A DNA stretch of 64,000 nt from Candidatus Aenigmatarchaeota archaeon (GTDB lineage Archaea; Aenigmatarchaeota; Aenigmatarchaeia; QMZP01; QMZT01). The translations under genes were made by a program, and so were the position numbers. The stretch covers positions 2,509 through 66,508 of the forward strand of contig JBGPQP010000005.1 of assembly GCA_041489155.1 (NCBI GenBank), given 5' to 3'. A model generated the notes under the pieces. The model did not search any database. It was not told the origin of the DNA and saw nothing but the letters and a program-made list of their open reading frames with translations. This document shows positions 55,848 to 64,000 of the stretch, piece after piece. Positions within the stretch are counted from its first letter, which is position 1, and the number at the start of each line of letters is the position of its first letter.

Positions 55848-56867
55848 TCATACAAACCATTTGTTAAGACTTTCGCAGTTTCTGTTTTTAAGGGCCGAAA
55901 GCCTTTCGATGGTTTTGCCAACCCTTTCTTCCGAGAAATCAAAATCAAGCATGAATTCTCTGAGCTTTTCGAAATCAGGTTTTCTTCTTTTTATCTCAAC
56001 TTCGGAAACAGGAGGCTTCATGAAGAATTCCAGTATCTCCTTCGGATCGGTTTCGAATTCCCATTTTACATCCGAAAAAATCTCTTTGAAGGCCTTTTCC
56101 TTGGCCATTTTAAGCGCAGTTTTCGGGCCGATGCCTTTGACGCCTCCCGGGTTGTAGTCCGTTCCTATCAGAATGCCTATGATTATAAGCTGCTCCTTTT
56201 CTATCCCCAGTTGCGAAAGCGCTTGTTTAAGCTCGATTATTTCAGGCTTGACCTCAACATAATCCTCTTTCCTGGCTATTTTCCTTCTACCGCTCAAGGT
56301 TAGATTTTTTACCATTTTATCTGCACCAAAAAGAAGCGAGTCCCAGTCCTGCGAGCCGCTTGCCCAGGCCTTTCCGGCGTTTACCATGTAAGCCGCCTGC
56401 GCTTCACCTTCGCTTGGCGCCTGGACAACAGGAATGCCCATGTGTTGAAGCAGGGTTTTCGCGCTTTCTATCATTTCTCCTGTCAGCCTCGAGGTTGCCT
56501 GCGCATATCTCCTTATAGCTTCTACATCTCCTTTCGCTCTCGCATCCTCAAGCCTTTCTTGCGCCTCCTTCTTTACCAGACTGCGCATTTCAGTCGTCCT
56601 TTTTTTGAAATGCGGCGGCGTTCCGTCGAAAACGAACACGGGATCGATGCCGTTTTCGAGAAGATTCGTGGTTCTGTAGAAAAGCCCTGAAAGATGCGAT
56701 GTCACCCGCCCCTTCGAATCCCTGAGAGGCTCGCCCGTGAACCTGTCGCGGATTATCGAAATGAACTGGTAAAGCGTATTGTAGGCATCTATCGCTATCG
56801 TCCTGCCCCTCATGTCAGCAAGCTCTATCTGTCTTCCTGAAACAATGCCTGATAGATTTACGCCCAT
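55848..56867 (-). CDS. fen: Flap endonuclease 1
   Basis: 'MGV', 'IDAYN', 'TSHLSG', 'APSEGEAQ', 'SQDWD', 'GTDYN', C-terminal PIP-like 'ESLNKWF'. Confidence 0.96.
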   Translation of the reverse strand: MGVNLSGIVSGRQIELADMRGRTIAIDAYNTLYQFISIIRDRFTGEPLRDSKGRVTSHLSGLFYRTTNLLENGIDPVFVFDGTPPHFKKRTTEMRSLVKKEAQERLEDARAKGDVEAIRRYAQATSRLTGEMIESAKTLLQHMGIPVVQAPSEGEAQAAYMVNAGKAWASGSQDWDSLLFGADKMVKNLTLSGRRKIARKEDYVEVKPEIIELKQALSQLGIEKEQLIIIGILIGTDYNPGGVKGIGPKTALKMAKEKAFKEIFSDVKWEFETDPKEILEFFMKPPVSEVEIKRRKPDFEKLREFMLDFDFSEERVGKTIERLSALKNRNCESLNKWFV

Positions 56868-56909
56868 ACTAAAAAATTGCTTCCAGTTTTAATAAAAAAC
56901 TTGGAAGGC

Positions 56910-57251
56910 TTAACAGGTCGAATGGATGACAGCAACTACTCGCTTCTTGTCCGCCATGAAGCCGTTGAACATCTTCGCTGCTTTGGGCGAAAGTTCCTTA
57001 TATATTTCGATGCCCTTGTCCTCCGCCGCTTGGTCCACTTCCTCGAGAACCTTGCATATGTTGTTCATCCCTGTGCCTATTATTATGATTTCCGGCTTTC
57101 TTTCGGCGAGTTTAAGAAATTCGCTTATGCCTATTATATGCGACTTCTCTCGGAACTCGATTTTGCCGTCCCACCATACTATCATGTCCGAGAAATAGGT
57201 CTTGCCGCTTATCTCGACTTCTCCGAACTTTACCGAATTTATCTTTATCAT
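56910..57251 (-). CDS. Mth938-like domain protein
   Basis: 'FG.V.I.G..Y..D', 'IIIGTG', C-terminal 'IHSTC'. Confidence 0.85.
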   Translation of the reverse strand: MIKINSVKFGEVEISGKTYFSDMIVWWDGKIEFREKSHIIGISEFLKLAERKPEIIIIGTGMNNICKVLEEVDQAAEDKGIEIYKELSPKAAKMFNGFMADKKRVVAVIHSTC

Positions 57252-57301
57252 TCAATTCACCTTCTAATGGCACAGGTTATACCTGTATACGTTGCTGGTC
57301 A

Positions 57302-57423
57302 TAGCCCCGGGCGGATTCGAACCGCCGTCAGCCGGTTTCCCCCGATTTTGATTTTTGCTGAAGCCCTTTTCCTAAAAAGCTTCGTCCAGAGCCGGCTATC
57401 CTTGGCCGCTAGACTACGGGGCT
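57302..57423 (-). tRNA. tRNA-Gln(CUG) with 49-nt intron at 37/38 (intron 57337-57385)
   Basis: AGCCCCG/CGGGGCT acceptor stem, GCCGG/CCGGC anticodon stem, CTG anticodon, TTCGAAT T-loop; bulge-helix-bulge GGA / CTCT:GGGG / AAA; no encoded CCA. Confidence 0.93.
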
Positions 57424-57547
57424 GAAGTCTTTAAGGTGTGTGCTGCCATGATACTTATTTTTGGTTTGTCTGTTTAAAATCATATTGCGCCTTTTAAATA
57501 TAAGAAAACAAAACTAAACTTTAAAACAATGACTGATAGGTGTTGCT

Positions 57548-58768
57548 ATGACCCATGAAGACATACGCAAGAGAAGATTGAAAGATTTAGTCGAAGAGCT
57601 GGAAAACTTCCGAGGTCGCCACACAGAACTGGTTTCAGTCTACATCCCCGCTGGCTTCAACCTCTTCAAGGTGGTCGAGCAGATAAACAACGAAAAGTCG
57701 ACTGCGCAGAACATAAAGTCCAGATCCGTGCGCAAGAATGTTTCATCCGCGCTCGAGCGGATAACGCAGCATCTTAAACTTTACAAGCAGACGCCGCCCA
57801 ACGGTCTGGTCATATTTGCAGGCAACATTTCCGAGCGAGAAGGCGTTGCTGACATAGAGATATTCGCGCTCGAGCCGCCTGAACCGCTGAAACAGCGTCT
57901 GTACCGCTGCGACCAGAAATTCGTGCTCGATCCCCTAAAGGAAATGATAAGGGAACGCGAAATCTTCGGCATAGTGGTTCTGGACAAATCAGAGGCCGAC
58001 ATAGGCATACTCGTGGGCAAGAAGGTAAGACATCTTAAGCATCTGGATTCCCTGGTCCCGGGGAAGACCGACAAGGGCGGTTGGTCCCAGGCGAGATACG
58101 CCAGGATTCGCGAGGGCCTGCTCAACGACTTCTTGAAAAAAGTCGGGGAAGTCGCTTCGCAGCAATTCGTTGAATTCAAGGACATGGTGGGCATAATCAT
58201 TGGCGGGCCAGGGCCGACTAAAGACGCGTTCGGTAGCGGAGGCTTTTTGAGGTACGACATGCAGAAAAAAGTAATCGCCACCGTCGATATCTCTTATACC
58301 GGCGAATACGGCCTTGATGAAGCAGTTAACAGGTCAGAAGATGCCTTAAAGGAAGCCTCGATCATGAAGGAAAAGAAACTGCTGGCCAGGTTTTTCAATG
58401 AGCTTGGAAAGGACTCGGGCCTGGCGGTATACGGCCTGAAGGAAGTGCTGGAAGCGCTTAAGTCAGGTATCGTTGAAACCCTGCTGGTATCCGAGAAACT
58501 TGACTGGGTTAAGGCAAGACTTCGCTGCCCCAAATGCGGAGAAGAAAAGGACGTTATAATGACGAGGGATAAGCTGGAAGGGATGAAGTGCCAGAAATGC
58601 AGCGAGCTTTATGAAATACTGGCCGAGAAGGATCTGACTGATGAAATAATAAAAATGGCAGAGGAAATGAGCACGAACGTAGAGATGGTTTCTAACGACA
58701 CGAAAGAAGGGAACCAGCTTAGAGAGATGGGCGGAATAGGCGGGCTTTTGAGGTATAAATCCCAATAA
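57548..58768 (+). CDS. prf1: Peptide chain release factor aRF1
   Basis: 'TELVSVYIP', NIKS, 'YRCD', 'KGGWSQARY'. Confidence 0.96.
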   Translation: MTHEDIRKRRLKDLVEELENFRGRHTELVSVYIPAGFNLFKVVEQINNEKSTAQNIKSRSVRKNVSSALERITQHLKLYKQTPPNGLVIFAGNISEREGVADIEIFALEPPEPLKQRLYRCDQKFVLDPLKEMIREREIFGIVVLDKSEADIGILVGKKVRHLKHLDSLVPGKTDKGGWSQARYARIREGLLNDFLKKVGEVASQQFVEFKDMVGIIIGGPGPTKDAFGSGGFLRYDMQKKVIATVDISYTGEYGLDEAVNRSEDALKEASIMKEKKLLARFFNELGKDSGLAVYGLKEVLEALKSGIVETLLVSEKLDWVKARLRCPKCGEEKDVIMTRDKLEGMKCQKCSELYEILAEKDLTDEIIKMAEEMSTNVEMVSNDTKEGNQLREMGGIGGLLRYKSQ

Positions 58769-58770
58769 AA

Positions 58771-59295
58771 TCAATAAAGAAAACTGAGGATTTTTGGCTT
58801 TTTCTCGTAAATTTTCAAGACAAGTATCGGGATCGCGATGCCTATACATGTCCCTGCCAGTATGTCAACTATCCTGTGCACTTGCAGGAAGTATCTTGAA
58901 GAGGCTACCAGAAGCGGTATCAGGAACAGCGGATACGTCCATCTCTTTCGCAGCACCAGCCAGACAGGCATGAAGGCGGCAAATATAGTTGCTGCATGGC
59001 CCGAAGGGAAGGCATTGTCAGACAAGCAGTATGGATTGCAGTCTGTAAACTGGAAAATGCATGGTATGCATGGCCTGTCTGTCTGCAGCGCATTTTTCAG
59101 CACGAGCACCGTTGCTACCGTAAGTAAAATACTGATTATGTAGATTGCAGCGAATTTTTTAAAAAGCGCTTTCTTCTCAGGCTTCAGTTTTTTTCTGAAT
59201 AAAAAATACGCAAGCAGGACAAGCAGTGTTGAAAACGTCCAGATTTCCGGGCCGCCAGCAAGCGTGATGCCATACCACAAGTCCATAGAAATCAA
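58771..59295 (-). CDS. PAP2 family membrane phosphatase
   Basis: K..RP, 'FPSGH', 'SRYFLQVH...D'. Confidence 0.9.
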   Translation of the reverse strand: MISMDLWYGITLAGGPEIWTFSTLLVLLAYFLFRKKLKPEKKALFKKFAAIYIISILLTVATVLVLKNALQTDRPCIPCIFQFTDCNPYCLSDNAFPSGHAATIFAAFMPVWLVLRKRWTYPLFLIPLLVASSRYFLQVHRIVDILAGTCIGIAIPILVLKIYEKKPKILSFLY

Positions 59296-59326
59296 TTTGA
59301 TTTCTGCAAATAAAACAATGATTGCT

Positions 59327-60325
59327 TTACTGCTGCGAACCCGTGTGGATGGCTTTCAGGTCAACAGGTTCCTTAACTTCTGTTTTTCTGAAAGATTTCC
59401 TGAAAAACACCAGTCTTTTTTTAGCGCCTGGAACAGAACCTTCTACCAGGATGAATTTCTTCTTCACCTCGCCGTAATTCACAAAGCCCCCGGCTACCTT
59501 TACGCCGTCAGCCCCTATTTTTAACAGTCTTTTGTTGAATTCTGTTCTGTTCTGGAAGCCCATCTGCCCTGCCTGCGCGATGGTGCCAGGCAAAACCCTG
59601 CTGGGTGTGACAGCACCCATGGTTCCGAGATGACGCATCTTGCCCTTGTTCTTCCTCGACCTTATCTTTATGCCGAATCTCTTGACAGGACCCTGGTAAC
59701 CTTTGCCTTTGGTGACGCCTTTGACATCTATGTATTCCCCTTCAGAGAATACCTCAGAAACATCAATTTCCTTGCCGAGCTTTTCCTTCGCGTATTTCCA
59801 TTTGTCCTGTATGTTGCCGGTTAGGTCCACCTCGAAAACTTCCGGCTTTTTCTTCCCAATGCCCGTTTCCCTGGGCTGCGTCTGGACGAGCAGGCGTATG
59901 TCAGCTACATCGTTTAATCTGCTGTCAAAGTTCTGGACATCAGCGGGAGGCCTTTTCGGGACGTCGAGTTTCCTTACGATTTCCCTCTTCAGGTCCTTTG
60001 TCCATATCATGCCGATGTCTTTGTAACCGTAAGGGTCCTTACCAAAAAGTTTTATTGCGAAAACGTAAAGTGGAGGGCATTCAATGACGGAAACAGCCCT
60101 GCTTGCTTCCTGCCCGTGCGTGACGCTTTTCTTTTTGGTTTCCATGAGAATTACGTGAGTCATTCCGGCCTTGTAGCCGGCGAATTCCAGTGGTTTTGCA
60201 GCGCTTGTTTTGCCGGCAATTATTTCAAGCTGTTTCGAGTGCTTGAACCTTGGATAAATCCTTTTTGCCCTTTTCCTCGGCCAGAAAGCACGAGAACCAG
60301 CCCTTGGTTTGTGGCCTTTTGCCAT
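59327..60325 (-). CDS. rpl3: 50S ribosomal protein L3
   Basis: 'PRKRA', 'GYKAGMTH', 'TKGKGYQGPVKRFG', 'GQMGF..RTEFNK'. Confidence 0.96.
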   Translation of the reverse strand: MAKGHKPRAGSRAFWPRKRAKRIYPRFKHSKQLEIIAGKTSAAKPLEFAGYKAGMTHVILMETKKKSVTHGQEASRAVSVIECPPLYVFAIKLFGKDPYGYKDIGMIWTKDLKREIVRKLDVPKRPPADVQNFDSRLNDVADIRLLVQTQPRETGIGKKKPEVFEVDLTGNIQDKWKYAKEKLGKEIDVSEVFSEGEYIDVKGVTKGKGYQGPVKRFGIKIRSRKNKGKMRHLGTMGAVTPSRVLPGTIAQAGQMGFQNRTEFNKRLLKIGADGVKVAGGFVNYGEVKKKFILVEGSVPGAKKRLVFFRKSFRKTEVKEPVDLKAIHTGSQQ

Positions 60326-60328
60326 GTT

Positions 60329-60718
60329 TTACACCCTTCTGCCCCCTCTTCCTCCCGCCTTTCTCGTTGTGTCGTGAGGAACGGGCGTGACGTCTTCAAT
60401 CCTTCCAACCCTCAGGCCTGCCCTTACCAGCGCTCGTATCGCAGGCTGAGCCCCTGCACCGGGAATTCTCTTCTTGTGGCCGCCCTGCGCGCGGATCCTG
60501 AGATGAACGCCCACAAGGCCCTTCGCAAGCGCTTCCTCGGCGACTTTCTTCGAGGCCTTCATGGCGGGGAACGGCGAACCCTTGTCCTTGTCCCTGCTGG
60601 TTATCATGCCGCCCGAACAGCGTGCGATGGTTTCAGAACCAGTAAGGTCCGTTATGTGAATGATCGTGTTATTGGTTGAAGAATATATGTGCGCGATGCC
60701 CCATTTCTCGTCCTTCAT
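60329..60718 (-). CDS. rps11: 30S ribosomal protein S11
   Basis: '[15 protein letters not shown]', '[10 protein letters not shown]'. Confidence 0.96.
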   Translation of the reverse strand: MKDEKWGIAHIYSSTNNTIIHITDLTGSETIARCSGGMITSRDKDKGSPFPAMKASKKVAEEALAKGLVGVHLRIRAQGGHKKRIPGAGAQPAIRALVRAGLRVGRIEDVTPVPHDTTRKAGGRGGRRV

Positions 60719-61185
60719 TTAGAACCACCCTTTACGTTTATCGTGTTTTCCTTTTTGACGGAGACCATGTAGGAAGGGAAAGTCGTTTTCCTCCCGTCCA
60801 CGTAAACATGACCATGCACGATCCTCTGCCTCGCGTCCTTGGCACTTGTCGCAAAGCCTTTCTTGAAAACAAGCGTCTGAAGCCTTCTGTTGAGGACGTC
60901 ATACGCCTTTAGCTGCAGCACATGGTCAAGGCCCTGCTCCTTCTGTATCAGGCCCATTTCCACGAGTCTTTCCAGAAGGATTTTCGTTTTCGTTTCGTCT
61001 TTTTCCGCGATCAGGGTTCTTGCCCTTCGCCTGAAATTGCGCACGACTGCCTCCGCTCTCCATATTTCGCCTTTTTTCTTCAGGCCGAATTCTTTTGTCA
61101 GCTTGTTTTCTTCTTCCATCCTGGTCGAGTCCCAGCGTGACCTTGGTCTCTTAAGCTTTTTCTTCAGTTTTCTCATAAGCATCAC
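60715..61185 (-). CDS. rps4: 30S ribosomal protein S4
   Basis: '[10 protein letters not shown]', 'RRLQT', 'ARQRIVHGH'. Confidence 0.95.
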   Translation of the reverse strand: MMLMRKLKKKLKRPRSRWDSTRMEEENKLTKEFGLKKKGEIWRAEAVVRNFRRRARTLIAEKDETKTKILLERLVEMGLIQKEQGLDHVLQLKAYDVLNRRLQTLVFKKGFATSAKDARQRIVHGHVYVDGRKTTFPSYMVSVKKENTINVKGGSK

Positions 61186-61739
61186 TTGGATTCCTTAGCG
61201 GCGGCAGCTGCCTTGGCGGCTTTCCTCTGCACACCCACAGTCCCGCCGCTTCTGAAAGAGCTTCTTGTTCTCTGCCCGCGGACGGGCTGGCCAAGCATGT
61301 GCCTTACGCCCCTGTAGGACCTTATTTTCTTCTCTCTGTCGATGTCGCCTCTCTGGGAAAGCTCAAGCTGCGAAGTGGTCATGTGAGCGACGCTGCCTTT
61401 CTCGACCGCCTTTCTTCTGTTGTACATCCAGGAAGGGATTTTGTATTTTTCAGGATGATCCATGATGTCCTCGAGCTTCTGCAGTTCGTTTTCCTTGAGC
61501 TCGGAAACCTTTCTTTCCCCGAGGCCTGAAATGTCTGCTATGATGCGGGAAAATGAGAATGAAATGCCCGGTATTTCCAGTATAGCCGAAGAAACCTTTC
61601 TGTTGCCGTCGAGATTCGTTTCCCCAAGCCTCACAACGTTAAGAAGCCTCTTTTCAGGCCTGGCGAATTTCTCTTCCTTCTTCTCCGCCTTTTCCTCTTT
61701 CTTCGCTCCCTTCTCTTTCGCTTCCTTTTCGGCAGTCAT
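61182..61739 (-). CDS. rps13: 30S ribosomal protein S13
   Basis: 'IPSWMYNRRK', 'YRGVRH..GQPVRGQRT'. Confidence 0.95.
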   Translation of the reverse strand: MTAEKEAKEKGAKKEEKAEKKEEKFARPEKRLLNVVRLGETNLDGNRKVSSAILEIPGISFSFSRIIADISGLGERKVSELKENELQKLEDIMDHPEKYKIPSWMYNRRKAVEKGSVAHMTTSQLELSQRGDIDREKKIRSYRGVRHMLGQPVRGQRTRSSFRSGGTVGVQRKAAKAAAAAKESK

Positions 61740-61824
61740 TGAGTCACCTTGCTATACCAGTGTATGAGTATGTAAAGACAATTATATAAATGAATATTTA
61801 AATATTATAAGCCGGCTTCCGCGC

Positions 61825-62526
61825 CTATTCAGAACAAACGCTTGCGAGCTCTTCCGCCTTTGTCCGCATGTTTTCTGCCTGATACAGCGCTCGTCCTATT
61901 ATGGCGTGCCAGTCGCTTCCCGCCGCTTTGGCCGCTTCCGTCAGGTCGCCTCCCTGGGTTATCATGCCTGGCGAATAGAAAACCGGGCTCACGCCTTTCG
62001 AAACCAACATTTTTTTGTAGTCAGCTATGCGTTCGGGTTTGTTCCCCGGGACGACGAAATCGCGAACCCCCAGCGAGGCAGCGAGTTCGTAAATCGCCAT
62101 AGGCGCAGAATTTTTTATGAAGCCGCCGTCGTTCTCAAGATATTTGGGATGCGTCATCTCGCCGCCGATTATGACACCAAGGCCTTCTTTCTTCGCGGCT
62201 TCTATCCAAGCGCGCTCGGTCTCAGGCCCGGCCTGAGGGAAAAGAATGACAGCGTCGACGCCTTTGCATGCCCTCATGAACTTCTCGCCGGTGTCGGGTA
62301 TGTCCGTCCCGGCCTTCTGGTGGTCATATATTATCGGCAGGTCTGTATGCTTTCTTATAGTTTTTATCACGCTTTTCATGCCGAATGGTATCACCAGTTC
62401 GAAACCTATCTTGTAGCCGCCGACGCCTCTGACTTCGCAGGTTTCCTTTACCAGCTTCTCGAGCGCCTCCAGCGTCGGCAAATCACATGCCGGTATTATG
62501 CTTCTTTTGAGTTTTATTATTGCCAT
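61825..62526 (-). CDS. pyrF: Orotidine 5'-phosphate decarboxylase
   Basis: 'ACD', 'YKIG', 'DHQKAGTDIPDT', 'PG', 'IIGR'. Confidence 0.88.
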   Translation of the reverse strand: MAIIKLKRSIIPACDLPTLEALEKLVKETCEVRGVGGYKIGFELVIPFGMKSVIKTIRKHTDLPIIYDHQKAGTDIPDTGEKFMRACKGVDAVILFPQAGPETERAWIEAAKKEGLGVIIGGEMTHPKYLENDGGFIKNSAPMAIYELAASLGVRDFVVPGNKPERIADYKKMLVSKGVSPVFYSPGMITQGGDLTEAAKAAGSDWHAIIGRALYQAENMRTKAEELASVCSE

Positions 62527-62538
62527 AAAATCACCGTA

Positions 62539-63186
62539 TTATTCAAGGCCCATCTTCCTGCCCCAGTTCTGCGGATCCTTGTTCCATGCAAGCACCTTTC
62601 CGCTTTCTTCAGGGCCTATGTATTCCATTTCTTTCGCGGTTTTTATCAGCGTTGTGAAGTTGCTGAGCGTTATCAGCTCGCAGTTCGCATTGCGGAACGC
62701 GTCTTTCGCCTTTTCCATCTCGTACGTGAAAATCGCCACGCAATGATTCACGACGCCGCCCTGCGACCTCACGGCCTCTACGCCGTTTATGCTCGATCCT
62801 CCTGTCGAGACTAGATCTTCCACTATAAGGACCCGCTGGCCCTTGTCAAGCTTGCCTTCTATGAGATTCTCCTTGCCGTGCTCCTTGGTTTCCTTCCTTA
62901 TGTAAATCATCGGCTTGCCGAGCTTGTCAGCCAGCCAGGCGGCGTGCGGAATCCCTGACGAGGCGATGCCTGCAACCACGTCGAATTCAAGATGCCTTTC
63001 CTTTATCAATTCTGCAAGATAGGCGATGATTTTCCTCCTTTTGTCAGGATACGACATGAGCAGGCGGTTGTCGCAATATATCGGGCTAAGTATGCCGGAA
63101 GCGTATCTGTATGGTTTCTGAGGGCTGAGAGTGACAGCCTTTATCTCGAGCAGTATTTTCGCGACGTCTTCAGCAGTTTCATTCAT
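62539..63186 (-). CDS. pyrE: Orotate phosphoribosyltransferase
   Basis: 'ASGILSPIYCDNR', 'RKETKEHG', 'VEDLVSTGGS'. Confidence 0.95.
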   Translation of the reverse strand: MNETAEDVAKILLEIKAVTLSPQKPYRYASGILSPIYCDNRLLMSYPDKRRKIIAYLAELIKERHLEFDVVAGIASSGIPHAAWLADKLGKPMIYIRKETKEHGKENLIEGKLDKGQRVLIVEDLVSTGGSSINGVEAVRSQGGVVNHCVAIFTYEMEKAKDAFRNANCELITLSNFTTLIKTAKEMEYIGPEESGKVLAWNKDPQNWGRKMGLE

Positions 63187-64000
63187 ATTGAACCATCCTC
63201 CCCCTGTTTTTGCTTGTTATCTCGCCGTTTTTGAAAACTACGCCACCGTTGACTATCGTGACAACAGGCCAGCCTCGGAGCTCAAAGCCTTCGAAAGGCG
63301 ACCAGCCGCACTTAGTGAACAGCCCATCGTTTCTTACTTTCTTTTTGAGTTTCATATCTATTATCGTCAGATCGGCGTCAAAACCCTCATTTATGAAGCC
63401 CTTGTTTTTCAGTCTGAATATTTTCGCAGGGTTTTCGCACATGGTTTCCGCAAGCCTTCTGAGTGTTGTCATCCGCCTGTTCACCGCGTCAAGCATGAGC
63501 GGCATCCGCGTCTCCACGCCAGGCACCCCGTAAACCTCGCCGGTTGCCTTTTCCTCCAGAGTGTGCGGCGCGTGATCGCTGCCTATCGTGTCTATCGTCC
63601 CGTCATTAAGAGCGGACCATAGGCTTTTCCTATCCGCATCGCTCTTGAGGGTAGGCTTCATAATTACGTATTTGTTCTGGTTCTTTTCTGTGAGGAAAAG
63701 GTGATGTGGCGTGACCTCTGTGAAAACATTTTTCTTTCCGTTCTGCTTTACGTAGTCTATCTCATTCTTCAGGCACGCGTGACAAAGATAGAATTTCTTT
63801 CCCAGAGAGGCGGCGATGTCAAGCGCCTTTTTCGCATTCTCGTCCTCCGCATGAAAGGTCGCAATGCGCGAGGCATCTATTATTTTTCTTATCGCGTTTT
63901 CATCGGTTATCAGCATGTTGCCCGTCGAGGCGTTCATGAAAATTTTTACCGATGCAACGCCCTTCGCTTCTTTTATATCGTCTATGTTTTCGGTCGACGA
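63179..64000 (-). CDS. pyrC: Dihydroorotase, 5'-truncated by window end
   Basis: Frame open to 64000; 'KIFM', 'HAED', 'EVTPHHL', 'SDHAPH', 'NPAKIF'. Confidence 0.9.
   Translation of the reverse strand, partial: SSTENIDDIKEAKGVASVKIFMNASTGNMLITDENAIRKIIDASRIATFHAEDENAKKALDIAASLGKKFYLCHACLKNEIDYVKQNGKKNVFTEVTPHHLFLTEKNQNKYVIMKPTLKSDADRKSLWSALNDGTIDTIGSDHAPHTLEEKATGEVYGVPGVETRMPLMLDAVNRRMTTLRRLAETMCENPAKIFRLKNKGFINEGFDADLTIIDMKLKKKVRNDGLFTKCGWSPFEGFELRGWPVVTIVNGGVVFKNGEITSKNRGRMVQYE

Noticed and set aside
56877-57425. 182-aa plus-strand ORF
   Set aside because: Overlaps the Mth938 gene and the tRNA-Gln on the opposite strand.
1-64000. CRISPR arrays, cas genes, transposases, integrases, rRNA
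   Set aside because: None recognised; no att-like duplication of the tRNA 3' end noticed.

Overview
Gene-dense archaeal window, most likely a DPANN lineage (inference from the fused PriS-PriL primase, archaeal ThrRS/aRF1/FEN1/ribosomal proteins, a BHB-intron tRNA-Gln and TATA/BRE promoters). Left to right: a C25-like surface protein truncated at the window start; a surface-glycosylation cluster with an archaeosortase; housekeeping genes and an MNT-HEPN fusion; a 13.4-kb four-gene surface locus with A-B-B'-A' paralogy (two large pilin-signal proteins between an 825-aa and a 2332-aa Cys-rich Ig-repeat/helical membrane protein, each outer gene carrying a divergent insert at the same position); GGPP synthase and KaiC/V4R genes; an AT-richer sulfur-relay island (wHTH, DsrE, SufS, TusA, CysK) with a palindromic operator; a type IV pilus locus and a 1136-aa mosaic membrane protein; then ndk, adk, thrS, primase, two tiny zinc fingers missing from the ORF track, translation genes and pyrC-pyrE-pyrF. 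The standout observation is an unannotated 18-codon ORF (MNSGKTTTKTTTTTTTTC, 11 Thr) directly upstream of thrS, with its own TATA box and alternative RNA pairings: a candidate threonine-sensing leader-peptide attenuator in an archaeon. All calls are from reading the sequence and ORF track by eye; no searches or folding computations were run.
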